This document shows positions 1 to 9,756 of a stretch of 64,000 nt of DNA, piece after piece. The notes below the pieces were generated by a model, which worked only from the letters and a program-made list of their open reading frames with translations, was not told where the DNA came from and ran no database searches. The stretch spans positions 1,537-65,536 of the forward strand of contig JAZDGJ010000028.1 in the NCBI GenBank assembly GCA_043807015.1, read 5' to 3'. Source of the DNA: Candidatus Woesearchaeota archaeon (GTDB lineage Archaea; Nanobdellota; Nanobdellia; Woesearchaeales; UBA10216). Both the position numbers and the translations under genes were made by a program. The first letter of the stretch is position 1, and each line of letters opens with the position of its first letter.

Positions 1-7
1 TAAGACA

Positions 8-2581
8 GTGAAAGAATCGCTGCTGATGCAGCTTATGGGCGGCGTGCAGAAAAAAAGAAGTGATGGAATTGTTTCCAGGGGGGATATCCATATTTTGCTT
101 GTTGGAGACCCTGGAGCAGGAAAGTCACAGATACTCAAGAGGATGAGCATGATTGCGCCTAAAGGAAGGTATGTTAGCGGAAAAGGAGTATCTGGAGCAG
201 GCATCACCGCAAGCGTTGTAAAAGACGAATTCCTTGGCGGCTGGAGTTTGGAAGCTGGAGCGTTAGTGCTTGCAAACAACGGCCTGGTAAGCATTGATGA
301 GATGGACAAGATGAGCCATGAGGACAGAGGCGCGATGCATGAGGCGATGGAGCAGCAATGCCTGCATTATGATTCGAGAATCACTCTCGCAGATGGTTCT
401 GAACAGCTAATCGGGGAATATGTGGAAAGGCTAATGAAAGCACATGAGGCAAAAATAATTCACGGAAAAGACTGCTTAATTCTGCCTGCCCACGACTTGA
501 ATTTAAGGATATTCACAACAGATTGGGAAAAAATATGCGAAACAAAAATCAACCGCATTAGCAAACATGTTGCCCCGAAGCAATTCATAAAAATAACGGC
601 AGGCAACGGGAGAACCGTAATAGTCACACCCGAGCACCCCTTCTTCTGCATGAAGAACGGGAAGATTATAACGAAGAGGTCTGACACCATCATGGCAGGT
701 GATTGGGTTCCGGTGCCCCTTAAGCTGCCTGTAGAAGGCGCAAAGCAGTTTTTTAACATTGAAAAAGAGGAAATATTCAATAAAAGGTCAAAACATCACA
801 TCATTGTTCCTGTGAGCAATTGCAGTGATTTCTACAAGCTTATCGGATATATCCTGTCTGAGGGCTCTAAAGAAACAAATAGGGGGAAACAGATAGGGAT
901 AAATTTTACAAACAAGAACCCGCTAGTTTTAGAGGAGTTCTGCAGGCTGATGAAAAAAGTTTTTGGGATTAAGCCTTATAAACAGGCGAGAATTGACGAA
1001 CATGGAACGAGGTGGATGCTCAGATATACATCAAGGGAGCTGGCAGAGTTTATCAGGAAGGCCTGCCCGTCAATAATAGAGAAAGCGAATAGAAAACAGG
1101 TGCCCCAACTGGCAATGAAAGCCAGGAAAAATGACGTTGCCTGCATGTTAACGCGCCTATTTGAAGGCGATGGCCACGTTTCTAAAAAGGAGAGAACCAT
1201 CAGGATCGGTTACACTACCAATAGCGGGGTTCTCGCTGAACAAGTGCAGGATCTTCTCCTGAGGTTCGGAATAAGAAGCAACATAACAAAAAATAAGAAA
1301 ACGCACAAGACGCTCATAACAGGGCGCGACAATTTACTAAAGTTCAACCAAAACATAGGATTTGTCAGCCACAAGAAAAACGAGATTGTAAGGGAGTATC
1401 TCGAGAAAGCGCAGCGCAGCAGAACAGTTAAGGACTTGGTTCCAGAGGTTTCGGAGCACGTCTATGGGCTTCTGAAGAAATATGATGTTAAAGCTGTAGG
1501 GAAATATAAACTCTCTGCTATAAGAGACAACTACATCCGCAGGAGAACGAGCATCCAAAGGAATCAGCTGCAAAAATACGTTATGCTTCTTGAGGGGAAG
1601 GTTTTTGGGAAAGACATGGAACTCCTGCAGAATTTGAGAAAGCTTGCATTTGGGGCGATAGGATTTGAAAAAGTCAGAAACGTGGAAGTAATTGAAAACA
1701 ACGATCAGGTATGGTGTTATGACCTCACTGTAGAGCCGAACCATACTTTTGTATCGCAAAATATGATTTTGCACAACACTGTCAGCATTTCAAAAGCCAA
1801 CATACAGGCGACACTGCTGGCTAAAACAACTGTGCTTGCAGCTGCAAACCCGAAGTTTGGAAGGTTTGACCCGTATGGCATAATTGCAGAGCAGATTGAC
1901 CTTCCGCCTACGCTGATAAACCGTTTTGACTTGATATTCCCAATAAAAGATTTGCCCTCGACAGAAAGGGATGAGAAAATGGCAAGGCATATTTTAAACC
2001 TGCACCAGATGCCTGAGACAGAGCTGCAGGAAATCCCAACTCCGTTTTTGAAAAAATATGTTGCTTATGCGAGGCAGCGAGTATCACCAAAGCTGACAGA
2101 CAGCGCGCTTAACGAGATTAAGGACTTTTATGTAACGATGCGAAACAAGGGCGGCGGAGATGAGAGAGCTGCAAGGGTAATTCCTATTTCTGCAAGGCAG
2201 CTTGAAGCTTTGGTGAGATTATCAGAAGCCTCTGCAAGGGTAAGGCTTTCTGATAAGGTCCTGAAAAAGGACGCCAGGCGTGCAATAGACCTGATTACAT
2301 ACTGTTTGCTCCAGGTTGGCCTTGACAGGGAGACTGGAAAAATTGACATCGACAGGATTGCTACAGGCATCGGCGCTTCACAGCGTGACAAGATATTCCA
2401 GATAAAGGAGATTCTGGCGACGCTTGAGAACAAGATAGGCAAGACAATACCAATTGACGACGTGCTTAAGGCTGCAACAGAGCGCGGCATAGGCGAGAGC
2501 GAGGCAGAGGAGATAATTGAGAAGCTGAAGCGCTCCGGCGACGTCTATGAACCAAGGTTCGGGTTTGTGAGCAAGATTTGA
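8..2581 (+). CDS. mcm: MCM replicative helicase, 5'-truncated by window edge; AAA+ core with Walker A GDPGAGKS, Walker B/sensor region and C-terminal winged helix; host of an intein
   Basis: Extein residues match the MCM AAA+ domain (ILLVGDPGAGKSQ, SIDEMDKM, arginine finger region SRFDLIF, C-terminal WH). The ORF begins at the window edge on a GTG, so the true N-terminus lies upstream. Confidence 0.9.
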   Translation: MKESLLMQLMGGVQKKRSDGIVSRGDIHILLVGDPGAGKSQILKRMSMIAPKGRYVSGKGVSGAGITASVVKDEFLGGWSLEAGALVLANNGLVSIDEMDKMSHEDRGAMHEAMEQQCLHYDSRITLADGSEQLIGEYVERLMKAHEAKIIHGKDCLILPAHDLNLRIFTTDWEKICETKINRISKHVAPKQFIKITAGNGRTVIVTPEHPFFCMKNGKIITKRSDTIMAGDWVPVPLKLPVEGAKQFFNIEKEEIFNKRSKHHIIVPVSNCSDFYKLIGYILSEGSKETNRGKQIGINFTNKNPLVLEEFCRLMKKVFGIKPYKQARIDEHGTRWMLRYTSRELAEFIRKACPSIIEKANRKQVPQLAMKARKNDVACMLTRLFEGDGHVSKKERTIRIGYTTNSGVLAEQVQDLLLRFGIRSNITKNKKTHKTLITGRDNLLKFNQNIGFVSHKKNEIVREYLEKAQRSRTVKDLVPEVSEHVYGLLKKYDVKAVGKYKLSAIRDNYIRRRTSIQRNQLQKYVMLLEGKVFGKDMELLQNLRKLAFGAIGFEKVRNVEVIENNDQVWCYDLTVEPNHTFVSQNMILHNTVSISKANIQATLLAKTTVLAAANPKFGRFDPYGIIAEQIDLPPTLINRFDLIFPIKDLPSTERDEKMARHILNLHQMPETELQEIPTPFLKKYVAYARQRVSPKLTDSALNEIKDFYVTMRNKGGGDERAARVIPISARQLEALVRLSEASARVRLSDKVLKKDARRAIDLITYCLLQVGLDRETGKIDIDRIATGIGASQRDKIFQIKEILATLENKIGKTIPIDDVLKAATERGIGESEAEEIIEKLKRSGDVYEPRFGFVSKI
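359..1777 (+). mobile_element. Intein (about 473 aa) with LAGLIDADG homing-endonuclease domain inserted in MCM after ...AMEQQ
   Basis: Starts with Cys (CLHYDSRITLADGSE, block A) and ends ...ILHN followed by Thr (+1 nucleophile). Two LAGLIDADG-type motifs (LIGYILSEGS and RLFEGDGHV) lie between the splicing blocks. MCM sequence resumes in frame (TVSISKANIQATLLAKT). Confidence 0.8.
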
Positions 2582-3117
2582 TTGCTCGGCTTCGGGAGGA
2601 GAATGATTTCTAGGGGGCTGGAAAAAAAGCTTCGGTCTCCACTTCGGTATTCAGCCCGTTTATACTTGTCCATGGGAGGGGGGCTGAGCGAGAATAACGC
2701 AACATCTTTTTCGCCAGCTCTTACAGTATAAGTATGAGCCTCAGGAGATTTTAATATACTCGCAAGTCTCTTTAATGACCCGAGGGATTCCGTTCCCTCT
2801 TCTTCTGAGTCAATAAATGGACCCAGTCCATTTCTGGAAAGTCTTATTATTCCCTCACTTTCATAGAGCTCCAATGGATAACGGCCCGTATACAGCCCAG
2901 CAATTCGGTTTAGACGCATAAGTCTCTTTTCAATATTTTCAATAAGGACTGAGTATCCTATTGAGCCGTCAGGCAGTAAAAACCATTCCAGATTTTCACT
3001 GCGAACAGAAGTATAATCTGTCAACACAGCAAACGCATATTTCCCATCAGCCTGCGCTCTGGACCGGTAACAGAACAATACCACATTGGTGGGTGTTCGG
3101 GCTGAATTAATAAACAT
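2545..3117 (-). CDS. hypothetical protein (only long ORF filling the 500-bp gap between mcm and eif2b; tail-to-tail 37-nt overlap with mcm)
   Basis: ORF of 190 aa with no recognisable motif. Start uncertain. Confidence 0.3.
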   Translation of the reverse strand: MFINSARTPTNVVLFCYRSRAQADGKYAFAVLTDYTSVRSENLEWFLLPDGSIGYSVLIENIEKRLMRLNRIAGLYTGRYPLELYESEGIIRLSRNGLGPFIDSEEEGTESLGSLKRLASILKSPEAHTYTVRAGEKDVALFSLSPPPMDKYKRAEYRSGDRSFFSSPLEIILLPKPSNQILLTNPNLGS

Positions 3118-3163
3118 TATGCCTGGGCAAATGTTTATAAAGCCGCGGCTGTTCCTCAGTTGT

Positions 3164-3565
3164 ATGGATTACGAAAAGCTCCTTGATGTTGCATATGAGA
3201 AAATGCCTAAGGATACACAGACGGCAGACCGGTTCCAGGTTCCTAAGGTGCTTGGGCATGTCCAGGGCAACAGGACAATAATCAGCAATTTCCACCAGAT
3301 AGCTGGCGTTCTCGGAAGAAAGCCCGAGCACGTAATGAAATACGTCTTGAAGGAGCTTGCCGCCCCTGGCGAGCTGAGCAAGACTGCGCTGATAGTCGGC
3401 ACAAAGATTTCTGCATCAAGGGTGAATGAAAAGGTGCAGGATTATGTAAAGAAGTTTGTGTTATGTCCTGTCTGCAAGAGGCCTGACACGGGCTTGAGCA
3501 AGGATGCAGGCGTTACATTTATGTTGTGCTCTGCCTGCGGCTCAAGGCAGGCTATCGGCAGCTAG
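3164..3565 (+). CDS. eif2b: translation initiation factor aIF2 beta subunit
   Basis: MDYEKLLDVAYEKMP...RFQVP...GNRTIISNF start and C-terminal C4 zinc ribbon (CPVCKRPDT...CSACGS). In-frame ATG at 3164 preceded by a TATA-like tttataaag at about -25. Confidence 0.8.
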   Translation: MDYEKLLDVAYEKMPKDTQTADRFQVPKVLGHVQGNRTIISNFHQIAGVLGRKPEHVMKYVLKELAAPGELSKTALIVGTKISASRVNEKVQDYVKKFVLCPVCKRPDTGLSKDAGVTFMLCSACGSRQAIGS

Positions 3566-6500
3566 TTTCTGCTGAAAACCACTTGCCTAGTCCTTCCTGC
3601 CGGTATTTTTCCTTGCCAAACACTTCTTCGACCCTGTTTCGGGTCAGCATGAGGGTCTGCATGAGATATGGTGAGACTGCATATCTCTCTGCAAGGCTTA
3701 TTGCGGGCTCAAGGTATTTTATTATGGTGCCTTCTGAGACTGTAAATATCAGTTTGCCTCCGCAGTTGTCACAGCTTCCTTTAAGAAGAGGTCTTCTGAA
3801 CTTCTTGTTGCATTTGACACACCTGAACTGCTGCGTGGAAAACTTCCTCAGGTTTCCTTTTATGTCCTTGAGAAGGTGCTTTTCTATCACCAGTGTGGCA
3901 ACGTCTTTCTCATCGACTGCCCTTATTTTTTTTGCCAGGTCCATCTGCCCCTTGATTTTCTCTTCCATTGATGGAAGCTTCTTGTATGCTGAAAATGTGA
4001 CTCCTTCGTTTATGCTCGCAAGGTCGTGTGTGAAGCCGATGCCTTCGTACTGCGCCTCTGTGCCGAGCCTTGCGCCGAGCAGCTCGATTTTTACATCTTG
4101 CGGCGCCTTGTATTGAAGCGCCGCTTCATACAACTCAAGAGGATAATGCCACGCAACATCAAACCGGTGAGCCATGTCATCAACTTCAGCAGGGACCAGC
4201 CTCTGTATAAGGACGAGCGGGCTGTCCATTGTCTTTGCGCCCCTGGAATCAGGCAGGAACTGCCTTGAAAAGTTTAGCAGCGCGTCCATCAGGAGAATGA
4301 CGCATGCTTCGTCGCCGTCTGCATCCCTTCTCATTGCCGCATGGAAGAGGGGATGCGCCAGTAATGCCTGCGTTTTTGAAAATCCAATCACTCTTCCAAT
4401 TATGCCTGCAGAAATATGCGGTGCGAGCCCGATTACAAGGTGCCCTACAATGTCTTTTTTCTCCTTCAGGCAGTAGAAGGGCTTCAGGTCGTAAAAGCTT
4501 GTAAGCAGCTCGTCAATAAACTGGGCTTCCCTGAAAAGCACTTCATCAGCTCTTTCATCCGCAGATTCGTAGTTTGCAGGCAGTATCAGGTCTTGGGGTC
4601 TTATCTCAAGAATCTGCTCTTCGCTTTCAAGGGGCATCCCTTTGCAGTCCTTCTCATACCCTAGCTCTTTAAGCTTTTCAACAGGAGTGCCTATTTCACT
4701 GGGCTTGAAATGCGTTATTGGCAACTCGCTCATGTCATATCTCGTTGTGCCGTCCTTGTTGACGAAAAGGTCGTATTTTGCCCTAAGGATGCCCTTGGCG
4801 AGGTTTTCGGGGATATGGTCCTTGTTTGAGGTGCCCCTTACGCCCTTGATAAGGTCAGGATGCGTCTTCATGTTGAGCTTTTTCAGCGCAGCGTCAAAAA
4901 AGTGCCCGATTTTGATGGGCTTGTTCATGAAAGCGGCAGTTTTTCCGTGCTGGCACTCTACCTTGTCTATAACGCCGCATTTTTTGCAGAAATATCTTCT
5001 TCTGGTTGGCTTGGAGCAGGTTTCGCATGTCGGGTATATTGTTTCTGCTGCGCATTTGGGGCAATAAAAGATTGGGAAGTCTGCGATCACCTTTCCGTCT
5101 TCAATAGCTGCGTTGAATGACCTGAGCCTTCCGCCCTCTTCGCCAACAGGGAAAAGGACCTGGGGGCTTCCTGTCAGCTTTCGCATCTTTGCCTTTTCAG
5201 GCCTGCCCATCCTTGCGCCTATGAATGTGCCTCCCCTGTCTCTTATTTTCAGGGGGGAAATTTTGTTCACTATATCGACGCATGATTCCTGCGGCTGAAG
5301 CTCCACAGCAAGATTTTCCCCAAACCTCAGGCATTTTGAAAGCACCTTGAAGTCGCTTGCGCCTATCACGACAAATTCGTTGCTTACCACAGTATGGGGC
5401 AAGCCAATCAGCTCAAGGCTTCTTTTTTCCGGGTTCTGGAGAGGCAAGACGTATTTTTCCCCGCCTCCTTTGAGTTCGCCTCTGCTGAGCCACTTTAGCA
5501 GAAGCTTAAGCTCTTCCTGGGAAATTGCATTCAGGTAATATGTATGCTTCGGATGGAGGGGTACGCCCAGCTTTTCAGATATTTTTATTGCTGTATCGAC
5601 GCTTACAGCCATTGATGGGTTCTTAAGCAGCGTGTTGATTTGCTCTGCCGGCAGCCCTAAATGCTCGGACAGCTTTTCTGCGTCAAGGGCTCCAAACGTG
5701 TTTACAGCAGCTTTTTCAATCTCCTGGACATACCACTCCTCGCAGTAGCCTGCAGGGATGAGCATATGCCCGCGGTCAAAAAAGTCGCCGTAGCTTATTA
5801 GAATGTCGCCAAGATAGAGGATTTCTTCAATCTGCTCACAGTACTGCTTGGCAGCGGACTCAGTTTCCAGCCGCATAACAGAGCCGTCTTTCAGCTTGAC
5901 AATTGGTCCGTCAATTGTTTCGCAGGGCGTAACAGCCGCAGCCTTGCCTGGGCGCTCCATTTTCAATTGTGTGCCTGTTGCTATGAATTTCTCAAGCACA
6001 GCCATTGTTGCAGGAGATAGCGCAATGGCGGAAAAGCCGCTCATTCTGGTTTTGCCATAGCGCATCCTCAGACCGCCCTGCCTTAAGGGAAATGATAGAA
6101 CCGGCCTTCCGGCTACAAGGTCTGAGATGTAGGTGAAATCAGGCGATATTTTCTGGGATGATTTTTCTCCTTGGCTTTTCCTGCTTTTCTGAACTGAGAG
6201 GAATTGTTCAAGAAAGGACCAATTTATTCCAAATTCCCTACCCAACTGGTCAAGGTATTTTTTCATTTTTTGTGCCTTGGCCGCAAGCATTGAAACGACC
6301 AGGCAGACCCCGCCCCTGATGCGGTTTGTCTCAACTCTTGGCAGGTCCTTGTAGTTGCTTACTTCAATCTGCTCAGTTGGTTCGCCGTCAACCTCAATCG
6401 GGAAGTGCTCCATCAGCGTTCTTATTTCATCACGGCTTGGCTTGTACTGCAGGTTTGTGACCCGTTCATGATAGTCTTCCAGCTCGGAAATATAGCGGTT

Positions 6501-7067
6501 AATCTCATTTTCAGTGGGGTCATATTCTGCATACCCCATTTTCATCCTGATGTAATCTGCTATAAGCATGCAAACGCCGATTGCAGTGCCGCCTGCGCCC
6601 CTAATGGGGCCGGCAAATGATGCTGCAAGGTATTCTTTGCCGTCGCGCCTCTTCTTTATTTTCAGCTCTATAAATCCCTCAAGCGGCGCCGAAACTACGC
6701 CGAGGGTATGGTATGCAAACCCTATCCTGATTCCTACTTCCATAGCCTCTTTTTGGCTGCTGAATTTGCAGAATTTCCCCTGCGCCACCTCTTCTGCTAT
6801 CAAGAGGGCCACTTCCCAGGACAATGCGCCATGTTTCTTTTCCAGCTGCTGGATTCTTTTTGAGACGCCTGAATTGACAATTCCTGGGAATATGATTGAG
6901 ACAAGCCCCTCAACGCGCTCTGCCATGTTTTTTGTCAGCGGGATGTCAACATCCAGCTCAGGGTCTAGGCCTTTCTTTCTTGCTTCTGTGGCAACAGAAT
7001 ACCCCCGCTTTAGTTTGACCTCTACCTCTGAAAAATACCTTTCAATGCCGGGGCTGGCTTCACTCAT
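3552..7067 (-). CDS. dp2: DNA polymerase II (PolD) large subunit DP2
   Basis: Protein of 1171 aa with the conserved DP2 architecture, including the C-terminal Zn module (CVKCNKKFRRPLLKGSCDNCGG). Overlaps the dp1 stop by 8 nt (operon). No intein. Confidence 0.85.
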   Translation of the reverse strand: MSEASPGIERYFSEVEVKLKRGYSVATEARKKGLDPELDVDIPLTKNMAERVEGLVSIIFPGIVNSGVSKRIQQLEKKHGALSWEVALLIAEEVAQGKFCKFSSQKEAMEVGIRIGFAYHTLGVVSAPLEGFIELKIKKRRDGKEYLAASFAGPIRGAGGTAIGVCMLIADYIRMKMGYAEYDPTENEINRYISELEDYHERVTNLQYKPSRDEIRTLMEHFPIEVDGEPTEQIEVSNYKDLPRVETNRIRGGVCLVVSMLAAKAQKMKKYLDQLGREFGINWSFLEQFLSVQKSRKSQGEKSSQKISPDFTYISDLVAGRPVLSFPLRQGGLRMRYGKTRMSGFSAIALSPATMAVLEKFIATGTQLKMERPGKAAAVTPCETIDGPIVKLKDGSVMRLETESAAKQYCEQIEEILYLGDILISYGDFFDRGHMLIPAGYCEEWYVQEIEKAAVNTFGALDAEKLSEHLGLPAEQINTLLKNPSMAVSVDTAIKISEKLGVPLHPKHTYYLNAISQEELKLLLKWLSRGELKGGGEKYVLPLQNPEKRSLELIGLPHTVVSNEFVVIGASDFKVLSKCLRFGENLAVELQPQESCVDIVNKISPLKIRDRGGTFIGARMGRPEKAKMRKLTGSPQVLFPVGEEGGRLRSFNAAIEDGKVIADFPIFYCPKCAAETIYPTCETCSKPTRRRYFCKKCGVIDKVECQHGKTAAFMNKPIKIGHFFDAALKKLNMKTHPDLIKGVRGTSNKDHIPENLAKGILRAKYDLFVNKDGTTRYDMSELPITHFKPSEIGTPVEKLKELGYEKDCKGMPLESEEQILEIRPQDLILPANYESADERADEVLFREAQFIDELLTSFYDLKPFYCLKEKKDIVGHLVIGLAPHISAGIIGRVIGFSKTQALLAHPLFHAAMRRDADGDEACVILLMDALLNFSRQFLPDSRGAKTMDSPLVLIQRLVPAEVDDMAHRFDVAWHYPLELYEAALQYKAPQDVKIELLGARLGTEAQYEGIGFTHDLASINEGVTFSAYKKLPSMEEKIKGQMDLAKKIRAVDEKDVATLVIEKHLLKDIKGNLRKFSTQQFRCVKCNKKFRRPLLKGSCDNCGGKLIFTVSEGTIIKYLEPAISLAERYAVSPYLMQTLMLTRNRVEEVFGKEKYRQEGLGKWFSAETSCR

Positions 7068-8493
7068 AGGAATCAGCCCCGAACTTCAAGATTTTTACAT
7101 CCCTTGTGTGGAGGTTTATTACAGGCACTCTTGCAGGCTCAGGATTGTGCCCCAGCTTTTCCTGGAAAGGCGTCTTGGACTGCCAGCATGAGCCGCATAT
7201 CAGCGTCACATTCTTGTAATGCGATGCTGAGGTTTTGTGAAGATGCCCTGTGGCAAATATGTCGGGCACAATGTCTATGAACAAGGGGTCTTTTTCAGCA
7301 TCAGGAAGGTAGAGCGTTGACGTGTGCGATGGCGCGAGGTGCCTTCTCTTCAGAAGGAACTTCATCACAAGGTCTGCACGGTCATACCCACCTTTCTGCC
7401 TGATGGAATCAATATTTGCGATGTAGTAGTCAAAGCTGTATCCGTGGTAGACGAGCACATTAAGCCCGGAGAATGAATTGCTCGAGTCTATGTTTACAAG
7501 AGCCGGGTTTGAAATGAGTGTTACGTTCGGCATTTTTGCAAGCCTTGCTGAAAACTCTCCTGCAAATGGGGGCTGGGGCTCTGAAATGCGCATTGCATCG
7601 TGGTTGCCCGGGCACATAATTATCTGTATGTGGCTTGGAATCTGCTCCATTAGCCTGGCATACTCTTCGTATTGGGCATAAATATCTGTGATTTTCAGCT
7701 CCGCCTGCTGGTTTGGGTAGACGCCGATTCCATCAACAGCGTCGCCTGCCATAAATATGTATTTGACCTTTAAGGCAATGTCTTTTTGGGTTTCGCTGCC
7801 AAGGTTGCCATTAACCCATTTAATGAAGCGCTCAAATTCTGCCGAGAGAAACATCTCTGAGCCAACATGCAAATCTGAAAGGAAAACCGCATACCCCTCT
7901 TCAGGTGATTTTTTCAGGGTTGCTTGGGTTATGATGTCAGGAAAAATTATGTTGTTTGCAAACATTATGTCCTGCTTAATGCTTCCAGTAATGCCAATAA
8001 TCTCGTCGTGAACAATCTCCTTTGCGGTTTGCAGAAGCTCTTTTTTTGTGCTGCTTACAAGCACCTTAATCAAACCCGTCCTGTCCTCAATCGTCAGCAT
8101 AATATTGCCGCTCTTGGTCTCATGTTTGTCGTAAACCGCGCCGATTATGGAAATGCTGTCCGCAGGTCTTCCTCTCACCCGGCTTATGGAGGTTATGTTA
8201 GAAAGCCCCTGCCTGTTGATGAGGAGCGATTCTATCAGAGAGTACCTTGAGTTAAAATATGAGATAAAGTCCTGGGCGTGCCTTTTCTGCGGCTTCTTGT
8301 TATACGAGAAAACCACTTTGACGTTGGCTGCGCTCTGCTTTTGGGCGGTTTTTTCCCCTGCTTTCCAGTCCATGTTATGCTCTTCAATCTCAACATATCC
8401 TTTTTCCTCAAGCTGGCTCAGCAGTTCTGGGGTCACCAGTATGTTCTGCCTCATTAATTGAGCCACTTTTGCTTTTTTTTCTTCAATTTCCAT
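7060..8493 (-). CDS. dp1: DNA polymerase II (PolD) small subunit DP1 (calcineurin-like phosphoesterase / exonuclease)
   Basis: OB-fold plus metallophosphatase motifs (GDAVDG, GNHD, GHLH). ATG at 8493 (MEIEEKK) chosen over the upstream extension that would overlap orc1. Confidence 0.85.
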   Translation of the reverse strand: MEIEEKKAKVAQLMRQNILVTPELLSQLEEKGYVEIEEHNMDWKAGEKTAQKQSAANVKVVFSYNKKPQKRHAQDFISYFNSRYSLIESLLINRQGLSNITSISRVRGRPADSISIIGAVYDKHETKSGNIMLTIEDRTGLIKVLVSSTKKELLQTAKEIVHDEIIGITGSIKQDIMFANNIIFPDIITQATLKKSPEEGYAVFLSDLHVGSEMFLSAEFERFIKWVNGNLGSETQKDIALKVKYIFMAGDAVDGIGVYPNQQAELKITDIYAQYEEYARLMEQIPSHIQIIMCPGNHDAMRISEPQPPFAGEFSARLAKMPNVTLISNPALVNIDSSNSFSGLNVLVYHGYSFDYYIANIDSIRQKGGYDRADLVMKFLLKRRHLAPSHTSTLYLPDAEKDPLFIDIVPDIFATGHLHKTSASHYKNVTLICGSCWQSKTPFQEKLGHNPEPARVPVINLHTRDVKILKFGADSYE

Positions 8494-8500
8494 TTTAAAC

Positions 8501-9736
8501 CTATATCTGCAGTGCAGATGCAAGGGTCTGCTGGAGCCTGGACGCTGTCTCGGCGGGTATTGAGACCTTAATTTCCCTTGTTCGCCCATACCTTCCTTTT
8601 GAAATAACCCGTGCAGTTATTACCCCCAGCATGTCAAGCTCTGAAACCATGTCAGAAAGCCTTCTTTGCGTTAGTGGCCTAAGCCCTGTTTTGCCGCAAA
8701 TCTCTTTATACAGCTCATAAACTTCGCCCGTGAATATGAGATGTGATTTTTTTTGGTCGTTTATCAGCAGTATTGCATAAAGGGCAGCCTGCATCTGGGA
8801 AGGCTGCGTTATTATAGCCTCAAATATTTTATCCCTGTCAATTTTGTTTTCCGCCTCATCAACGTTTTGTATCCGCACTTTGTCTTGGTTGTTTCGCTCT
8901 GCAAGCTCAGCAGCAACTCTGAGCAGTTCTAACGCTCGTCTTGCGTCGCCGTGCTCCATTGCGGCATATGCCGCACACTTTGCTATTACCCCTTCTTCCA
9001 GAGATCCTTCCCTAAACGCCACGTTTGCCCTTTCCTCAAGGATATCCTTAATCTGCAGGGCGTTATAAGGGGGGAATAGGATTTCCTCTTCAGATAATGA
9101 TGATTTCACCCTCGGGTCAACGTGGTCTATGAATGTCAGGTCATTGGAGATGCCAATGATGGTTATTTTGGAGTGCTTTAGCTCCTCATTCATCCTGCTT
9201 ATCGTGTAAAGTATGCCGTCGCCGGTTTTTTTCACCAACTGGTCTATCTCGTCCAGGACAATTATCATATTTTTCCCCGATTCATCCACAACACTGAAGA
9301 ACGTCTTGTAAATCTCTTCAGTTGGAAGCCCTGTTGGTGGTAGTTTTCTTCCGCATTTTTCTGAGAGATGCGCTATCAGTCGGTATTCTGTGTCTGCGAC
9401 TTTTTTAAGCTTGCAGTTGACATAAATACCGCCGAGGTTTATCTGGTTTTGCGCCGCAGTTGCTATCAGATAATTGAGCACATATTGGACAGAAACCGTT
9501 TTGCCCGTGCCCGTTTTGCCGTATATGAAAATGTTGGACGGTTTTTCAGATTTCAGCGCCGGAGCCAATATGTTTGCAATTTGGTTGATTTCCCCGCCCC
9601 TGTGCGGGATTTTTTCCGGGGTGTAAGCGGACTGAAGAAATTGTTTGTTTGAGAAGAACGATTGTTTCTTGAGGTATTCACCAAAGAACGCGCCTAAACC
9701 CTGTTGTTGCTTTTCTGGCACCAAAAACACCCCCAC
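8501..9736 (-). CDS. orc1: Orc1/Cdc6 origin recognition / initiator protein
   Basis: YTPEKIPHRGGEINQIANIL...IYGKTGTGKT Walker A, DEID Walker B, C-terminal winged helix. Starts on GTG at 9736 directly abutting the predicted origin. Confidence 0.9.
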   Translation of the reverse strand: MGVFLVPEKQQQGLGAFFGEYLKKQSFFSNKQFLQSAYTPEKIPHRGGEINQIANILAPALKSEKPSNIFIYGKTGTGKTVSVQYVLNYLIATAAQNQINLGGIYVNCKLKKVADTEYRLIAHLSEKCGRKLPPTGLPTEEIYKTFFSVVDESGKNMIIVLDEIDQLVKKTGDGILYTISRMNEELKHSKITIIGISNDLTFIDHVDPRVKSSLSEEEILFPPYNALQIKDILEERANVAFREGSLEEGVIAKCAAYAAMEHGDARRALELLRVAAELAERNNQDKVRIQNVDEAENKIDRDKIFEAIITQPSQMQAALYAILLINDQKKSHLIFTGEVYELYKEICGKTGLRPLTQRRLSDMVSELDMLGVITARVISKGRYGRTREIKVSIPAETASRLQQTLASALQI

Positions 9737-9756
9737 ACCCCTGTTTCCTTTGGAAC
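9728..9756 (-). repeat. ORB-like box 1 (TCCAnnGGAAACAGGGG-type, G-string)
   Basis: Reverse complement reads gttccaaaggaaacaggggtgtgggggtg. Confidence 0.45.

Noticed and set aside
4026-7191. Numerous 60-200-aa plus-strand ORFs antisense to polD large subunit
   Set aside because: Shadow ORFs within a strongly supported 1171-aa DP2 coding region. Compositionally Ser/Leu/Cys-rich junk.
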